Virus record (IMG/VR): IMGVR_UViG_3300006025_000025
Location: 1 to 32,325 of that record
DNA: 32,325 nt
From: a virus
Taxonomy: Duplodnaviria; Caudoviricetes
Strand: one strand, 5' to 3'
Shown: piece by piece, positions 26,815 to 32,325 of the stretch
How the letters are laid out: each line of letters begins with the position of its first letter
Numbering within the stretch: the stretch's first letter is position 1
Program-made: the position numbers and the translations under genes
The notes under the pieces: model-generated
The model's database searches: none
Told to the model about the DNA's origin: nothing
What the model saw: only the letters and a program-made list of their open reading frames with translations

Positions 26815-27243
26815 ATGAATCCACTAGAAAAAAGATTAAATGATATAAGTGATGTAATTAATCTTTATAAATCATTCGATAAATATAATAACCATACAAG
26901 AGAAGAACTATTTAATTATCTTCTACAGCCATTCAATTTAAATCAATATAAGATTTTCTATAAAGATAATCAACCATCAGCATTTGTTTCATGGGCATTT
27001 TTAGATGAGGAATATGAAGAACATTTTAAATTAACATCTGATATTAATAATTGGAATTGTGGTGATAGAGTTTGGTTGGTAGACTTGGTATCATGTGGTG
27101 ATTCTAGAAAGATGGTTAAATGGACTAACCAATATTTTAGTAAACTATTAGGTGTAGGTAAAAAAGTGAATTATTTAAAGATAGATGATAAATGGAATAT
27201 ATACAGAATATCATCTTCAGTAACAAAGGAGTGTTATAGATAA
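26815..27243 (+). CDS. HlyC/RTX-toxin-activating acyltransferase-like protein
   Basis: P...NQY, P.AFVSWAFL..E.E, W.CGDRVWLVD match the HlyC family pattern. Confidence 0.7.
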   Translation: MNPLEKRLNDISDVINLYKSFDKYNNHTREELFNYLLQPFNLNQYKIFYKDNQPSAFVSWAFLDEEYEEHFKLTSDINNWNCGDRVWLVDLVSCGDSRKMVKWTNQYFSKLLGVGKKVNYLKIDDKWNIYRISSSVTKECYR

Positions 27244-30173
27244 TGGGTGGTGGTGGTGGAATACTAGGAACAGTAATCAGTATAGGTACAGCTATCTATA
27301 CAGGTGGTGCTTCATTAGCATTAGGAACTAAAATAGCACTTAATGTTGGTGCATCTTTAGTTGCAAGTGCATTAGCACCAAAACCCAAAGCATCCTCATT
27401 AGGCAGTAAATCTTATCAAGACCAAACAACTAATCGTAGTTTGATGGTTAAAGAACCTATTACTACAAGAGAAACTGTTTATGGAATAACTAAAAAGTCA
27501 GGCTCTATATTATTTATGGATACAACTGACAACAATAGAAGATTACATTTAGTTGTTGAAATAGCATCACATGAGATTAACAATTTTGGTACAACTGTTG
27601 ATGATAGATTCTTTTTTAATGAAGAATCGATACAATTAGGTCTCTTATCAAAAGGTGGTGGTGGCTATACTGACCCTGATGGTATTTATAGATATACACC
27701 AACAGCAGGAAGTTATAATGAAGGCTCAGACTATAATCCTAATAATAAAAAAGTAGAGGTTAAATTTCATAAAGGCTCAGATGACCAATTATCAGATTAT
27801 GATTTAAGAACCCAAGTATCTAAATGGACAACAAATCATAGGTTAAGAGGAATATCCTATATCTATGTTCAAATGGAATATGACACAGACATGTTTCCTA
27901 ATGGCATTCCTAACATAAGTACAGTTGTTCAGGGTAAAAAGCTTTATGATTTTAGAACAGACACAACAGCATTTTCTAGAAACCCTGCATTATGTATTTA
28001 TGATTATTTAACAGATACAAGATTAGGACTTGGAGTAAATCCTGACAATATAGATATTACATCATTCACTACAATGGCTAATTTATGTGATGAAGATGTA
28101 ACTAAAGTTGGTGGTGGAACAGAAAAAAGATATCTATGTGATGGTATTGTCTATAGTGATACAGCTCCTATGCAAGTGCTTGATGATATGCTAACAAGTT
28201 GTGCAGGAGTATTATCTTATTCAAATGGTAAGTTTATTTTAAAAGGTGGTCAGTATGTAGCACCTACTTTAACTTTAACAGATGATGATTTTATATCTCA
28301 AATATCGATAGAATCTAAAAAATCTAGAAAAAATTTATTTAATACAGTCAAAGGTATATTTACATCATCAGAGACTTCATGGCAACCTACTGATTATCCT
28401 ATAGTTACAAGCAGTACATTTACCGATGCTGATGGTGAAACTATTTATGGAAATATAGATTTACCATTTACTACATCAAGTGCTACAGCTCAAAGGATTG
28501 CTAAAATTGCTTTATTTAAAAATAGACAGCAAATAGTTGTATCAGCACAAGTTAAGATGTCAGGATTTAAGTTACAAGTTGGTGATACAGTCAATGTAAC
28601 CAATAGCAGACTAGGTTGGACAGATAAAGTATTTGAGATAGCTGAATGGAGTTTTAATACTAATGATACATTAGGCATTAATCTTATAATGGTTGAAACA
28701 GCATCATCAGTTTATGATTGGGATGCAGAAGAATCTGAATTTGTTGCAGATAATACTACATTACCAACAGTACAAACTGTAACAGCACCTGCTATCGTGG
28801 TTACAGATGAACTCAGAGTATATTCAGAATCACCTATTACAGTATTAAAAGTTGTATGTTCTAGTAGTCAAGGAACAACGAATGAATTTGAAGTAGAAGC
28901 ATTAAATAATAATGACCCTGATGGAGAATATGTAACTCTAGGCAGAAGTAAGCACAATATATTTGAATTAGTAAATGCAGAAGATGGAGCAGTTTATACA
29001 GTCAGAGCAAGGTCTATTAACTCATTTAATGTGCATTCTAGTTATGTCACAGCAGACCACGAAGTTGTTGGTAAAACAGCACCACCTAATGATGTAGAAG
29101 ACTTTTCATCTAATGTAATCGGTGATGTTGTAGCATTGAATTGGACACCTGTACCTGACTTGGATTTATCACATTACATCATTAGACACACACCGATAAC
29201 TGTATCACCTAAGTTTGAGGAAGGAATCATTGTAGCTAGAAAAGTAGCTAAACCTGCTAACTCTATTTTATTACCTGCTAAGACAGGAACATACATGATT
29301 AAAGCAATCGATGTATTAGGTATAGAAAGTGAGAACTCAGCTAAATCAGTTATTATCTTAAACTCTATAACAAGAGATTATAATATCGTAAGCTCATCAA
29401 CAGAGAGCCCTGATTTTACAGGTGCTAAACAAGATGTTGAAGTTGTAACAAGAGAGGGTACAAATTATCTTGAATTAATTCATGCAGTTTTATTTGATGA
29501 TGGTGTTGGAACATTTGATGATGATATAGGTCTATTTGATGATGGTGGACAAACAGCATTTAATACTGAAGGCACTTATGACTTTCCTTTATTTGACTTA
29601 GGTGCTGTATTTAATAGCCGTGTTACCTTTACCTGTAAATTTGAAAGACACGATGAATCATCATTATTCGATTCTCAATCAGGATTATTTGATAGTTATG
29701 GTGGATTGTTTGATGGTTTATATACTGAACACAATGATATTAATGTTGAATTATTAATTAGCACATCAGAAGATAATATTACTTATACTGATTACAGAAC
29801 ATATATTCTAGGTGATTATACAGCTCGTTATATCAAGCTTAGAGTTAAACTAACCACAACTACTCAGGTATCATGTCCAGCTATTTATGAATTATCAGCA
29901 TCAGTAGACATGCAAAATAGAACAATAGCAGATAATGATTTAGTATCAGGCACATCACCAAGTGGATATACAGTAACATTCTCACCTGCTATGAAGCTTT
30001 TAGAAGGTCTTAGCATAGCATCTCAAAACCTAGACCAAAATGAGAGATATAATATAACAGCTAAAGATGAAACAGGATTTACCATCATATTCTATCAAGG
30101 AAGTGGCACAGGTACAGTTATCAGCAGAGAATTTGATTATGTAGCTAAGGGCTATGGATATGTGGAATCTTAA
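27243..30173 (+). CDS. Tail tip/central fibre protein (lambda J-like) with FN3 domains
   Basis: HRLRGI.Y, GIPNI...VQGKK.YD.R, NPALC.YDYL, FN3-like YTVRARSIN and LNWTPV..LDL..Y. Confidence 0.85.
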   Translation: MGGGGGILGTVISIGTAIYTGGASLALGTKIALNVGASLVASALAPKPKASSLGSKSYQDQTTNRSLMVKEPITTRETVYGITKKSGSILFMDTTDNNRRLHLVVEIASHEINNFGTTVDDRFFFNEESIQLGLLSKGGGGYTDPDGIYRYTPTAGSYNEGSDYNPNNKKVEVKFHKGSDDQLSDYDLRTQVSKWTTNHRLRGISYIYVQMEYDTDMFPNGIPNISTVVQGKKLYDFRTDTTAFSRNPALCIYDYLTDTRLGLGVNPDNIDITSFTTMANLCDEDVTKVGGGTEKRYLCDGIVYSDTAPMQVLDDMLTSCAGVLSYSNGKFILKGGQYVAPTLTLTDDDFISQISIESKKSRKNLFNTVKGIFTSSETSWQPTDYPIVTSSTFTDADGETIYGNIDLPFTTSSATAQRIAKIALFKNRQQIVVSAQVKMSGFKLQVGDTVNVTNSRLGWTDKVFEIAEWSFNTNDTLGINLIMVETASSVYDWDAEESEFVADNTTLPTVQTVTAPAIVVTDELRVYSESPITVLKVVCSSSQGTTNEFEVEALNNNDPDGEYVTLGRSKHNIFELVNAEDGAVYTVRARSINSFNVHSSYVTADHEVVGKTAPPNDVEDFSSNVIGDVVALNWTPVPDLDLSHYIIRHTPITVSPKFEEGIIVARKVAKPANSILLPAKTGTYMIKAIDVLGIESENSAKSVIILNSITRDYNIVSSSTESPDFTGAKQDVEVVTREGTNYLELIHAVLFDDGVGTFDDDIGLFDDGGQTAFNTEGTYDFPLFDLGAVFNSRVTFTCKFERHDESSLFDSQSGLFDSYGGLFDGLYTEHNDINVELLISTSEDNITYTDYRTYILGDYTARYIKLRVKLTTTTQVSCPAIYELSASVDMQNRTIADNDLVSGTSPSGYTVTFSPAMKLLEGLSIASQNLDQNERYNITAKDETGFTIIFYQGSGTGTVISREFDYVAKGYGYVES

Positions 30174-30216
30174 TAATTTAATGATATACTTAAACCAATT
30201 TATAAGGAGATAAATT

Positions 30217-32289
30217 TTGTCACAACACGATTTAGATATTGCTAACCAAACGTTTCCGAACACTAGGTCAGATTTAAACGATGCTTTACAAGCATTAGGA
30301 AGCACATCATCAGGTGCTACAGTTCCATCAACAACCTATGCTAATCAGCTATGGTATGACACAGCTAATAATAAGCTTTATATCAGAAACGAAGACAATG
30401 ATGCCAATATCGAGATATGTGAACTTGACCAAACAAACGATTCAGTAGAATTTTTTAAATCAGATTCAGTTAGAACAGCATTAGTAGAATATACCGATGG
30501 AACAGATGCACTAACTGTTGGAAGTGGTGGTGAATTAACAACATCAAGCACATTAGATGTAGATGGTAATGAATTAATATTGGATTCTGATGGGGATACC
30601 TCTATTACGTCAGACACAGACGACCAAATAGATTTTAAAACAGGTGGCACCGATAGAATGGTGATTGATTCTAGTGGTAATGTAGGTATTGGCACAGATG
30701 CTTCGGATAATAGTATATATGGTGGAATATTGAATTTAACTGATGGCTCAGTAGGTGGAGAAACAACTCTTGTTATTGCTAATAACAATGCAAATCAGTT
30801 TATAAGATTAGGTGTAAATGATAGTGAAGCTCAAATTGTTTACGACAATGCTGATGAGTTAGTTTTTGGGGAAGCTACAGATTCTACTACATCAGGCATA
30901 ACTACAGAACGTATGAGAATAGCATCTACTGGATATGTAGGTATAGGTACTAGTAATCCTGCTAGAGATTTACATATATCAGATTCAGGAACACCAGCTA
31001 TTCGTTTGCAAGATACAGGTGGAACTAATCAATATTGTGAAATGCTTGTAAGTGGTAGTGCTGTAATTTTACAATCTAGGAACGATACATCAGATGGTAA
31101 TATAGTTTTTAGAGGATTAGGTGGTGGTACTGCTACAGAACATATGAGAATAAACTCCAGTGGTAATGTAGGTATAGGTACTAGTAGTCCTAGTAATACA
31201 CTTCATGTTAAAAACACTACATCTTCAGGTGCTTTAATACAATATGATGGTCAAAGTAATGGAGAATTTGGATTAAGAATAGAAAGTAATATTAGTGGTG
31301 GTAATTTTGAGGGAGACTTTGCTAATGATGGTGCTCTATTAGATTTATTTGCTAATAGTTCAACAACAACTGGTGGAGATATATTAGTTGCAAGAACTCA
31401 AGCATCTGACCCTGTTTTTATAGTTAGAGGAAATGGTAATGTAGGTATAGGTACTAGTAGTCCTTCTAATGCATTAGAAATTACAACCAACACGACTGAC
31501 CAACTTCGTATAAGTGATGTTACTGGTGATGGATGGGAGTTTCGTGCAGGTAGTAACTTAATCTTTAAGGATGATGGCACAGAACGTATGAGAATAACTA
31601 GTGCAGGGCATGTAGGTATAGGTGTAGCTGCAGCTGGAAATCCATTAAGTGTTTTAGGAGATGCTATTACACCTGTAGCTGTAAATAGAACAACTAATGA
31701 TGGAACATTAATTTCTTTTAGACAAGATGGTGTACAAGAGGGAACTATTACAGTATCAGGTACAACAGTATCTCTTGTTGGTGCTCATTTATCTCGTTGG
31801 GGAAGATTAGCTGATGGCTCACAACCAACTATCCTAAAAGGCACAGTAATGTCTAACCTAGATGAAATGATTGTATGGTCTTATGATGATGTTTTATACA
31901 CAGAAGAAGATGAACTACCTGAGGGTAAATCTGTAGGTGATGTTAAAACACCTGCTTACACAGCAGAAAACGAACAAAGAAACCAACTTAAAATAAGTGA
32001 TGTTGAGGGTGATATCAATGTTGCAGGATTATTTGTTAAGTGGGATACAGAAGAAGATGGATATAACGATATAGATTTAGCAATGACAGGTGATATGGTC
32101 ATCAGAATTGCACAAGGAACAACAGTTCAAAGAGGAGACTTACTTATGTCAGCAGGTGATGGTACAGCAAAACCACAAGAAGATGACATAGTAAGAAGTA
32201 AAACAATTGCAAAGGTTACATCAACTACAGTAATCAATACTTATGATGATGGAAGTTATGTAGTACCTTGTGTAGTAATGGCTTGTTAG
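30217..32289 (+). CDS. Tail fibre with repeated modules and a C-terminal chaperone-like domain
   Basis: TTG start after AAGGAG; five RMRI..SG.VGIG-type repeats; C-terminal GDLL.S..DG....Q.DD.V...TIAK. Confidence 0.85.
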   Translation: MSQHDLDIANQTFPNTRSDLNDALQALGSTSSGATVPSTTYANQLWYDTANNKLYIRNEDNDANIEICELDQTNDSVEFFKSDSVRTALVEYTDGTDALTVGSGGELTTSSTLDVDGNELILDSDGDTSITSDTDDQIDFKTGGTDRMVIDSSGNVGIGTDASDNSIYGGILNLTDGSVGGETTLVIANNNANQFIRLGVNDSEAQIVYDNADELVFGEATDSTTSGITTERMRIASTGYVGIGTSNPARDLHISDSGTPAIRLQDTGGTNQYCEMLVSGSAVILQSRNDTSDGNIVFRGLGGGTATEHMRINSSGNVGIGTSSPSNTLHVKNTTSSGALIQYDGQSNGEFGLRIESNISGGNFEGDFANDGALLDLFANSSTTTGGDILVARTQASDPVFIVRGNGNVGIGTSSPSNALEITTNTTDQLRISDVTGDGWEFRAGSNLIFKDDGTERMRITSAGHVGIGVAAAGNPLSVLGDAITPVAVNRTTNDGTLISFRQDGVQEGTITVSGTTVSLVGAHLSRWGRLADGSQPTILKGTVMSNLDEMIVWSYDDVLYTEEDELPEGKSVGDVKTPAYTAENEQRNQLKISDVEGDINVAGLFVKWDTEEDGYNDIDLAMTGDMVIRIAQGTTVQRGDLLMSAGDGTAKPQEDDIVRSKTIAKVTSTTVINTYDDGSYVVPCVVMAC
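31161..31464 (+). repeat. Perfect 31-nt direct repeat within the tail fibre gene
   Basis: TGGTAATGTAGGTATAGGTACTAGTAGTCCT at 31161-31191 and 31434-31464; partial copies near 30675, 30936 and 31611. Confidence 0.85.
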
Positions 32290-32300
32290 GAGAATAATTA

Positions 32301-32325
32301 ATGTACGAATGGAAATTTAATTTTG
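32301..32325 (+). CDS. 5' fragment of a small ORF (MYEWKFNF...)
   Basis: AGGAG RBS; ORF truncated by the window end. Confidence 0.55.

Noticed and set aside
26815-27243. RTX toxin/virulence operon
   Set aside because: No GGxGxDxUx repeat toxin or type I secretion genes in the window
1738-31580. Antisense and alternate-frame ORFs in the track (e.g. 1738-1965, 2578-2805, 3628-4068, 4083-4277, 7263-7463, 15294-15608, 17493-17801, 21525-21836, 30378-30788)
   Set aside because: They shadow well-supported genes and lack an RBS or recognisable motifs
30640-31640. Repeats read as a CRISPR array or as a DGR template/variable pair
   Set aside because: They are in-frame coding repeats with irregular 170-280 nt spacing; no cas or reverse transcriptase gene and no adenine-specific mismatch pattern
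1-32325. Alternative genetic code or stop-codon recoding
   Set aside because: Core genes are full length under the standard code, and TAA, TAG and TGA all end genes at sensible boundaries

Overview
The window is a near-complete genome of an AT-rich (roughly one-third GC, by eye) long-tailed dsDNA phage with an HK97-type head and GTA/lambda-like tail genes. A marine alphaproteobacterial-type host is plausible but only inferred. It appears circularly permuted, with a small gap inside one short gene. Layout: (+) membrane/holin-like genes, neck, tail tube, frameshifted chaperone, tape measure and Dit (1-6.7 kb); (-) early operon with ERF, SSB-like, YqaJ, a 2OG-Fe(II) oxygenase and small ORFs (6.8-12 kb); (+) Cro-like HTH, replication initiator with internal origin and SF4 helicase (12.1-14.4 kb); ParB-like gene plus an ABC-ATPase/GNAT fusion just before the terminase; an extended portal, head genes, tail tip and fibre (15-32 kb). 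I recognised no integrase, CI repressor, DNA polymerase or endolysin. Most notable: (1) a ParB + ABC-GNAT packaging-linked candidate DNA-modification module; (2) three covarying H-type pseudoknots directly upstream of early-gene RBSs; (3) three dispersed small-gene cassettes sharing a TATAC-N5-GTATA operator; (4) an HlyC-like acyltransferase in the tail-tip cluster; (5) a portal with a ~300-aa multi-domain extension; (6) apparent GATC avoidance. All family assignments are from motif recognition, not database searches.
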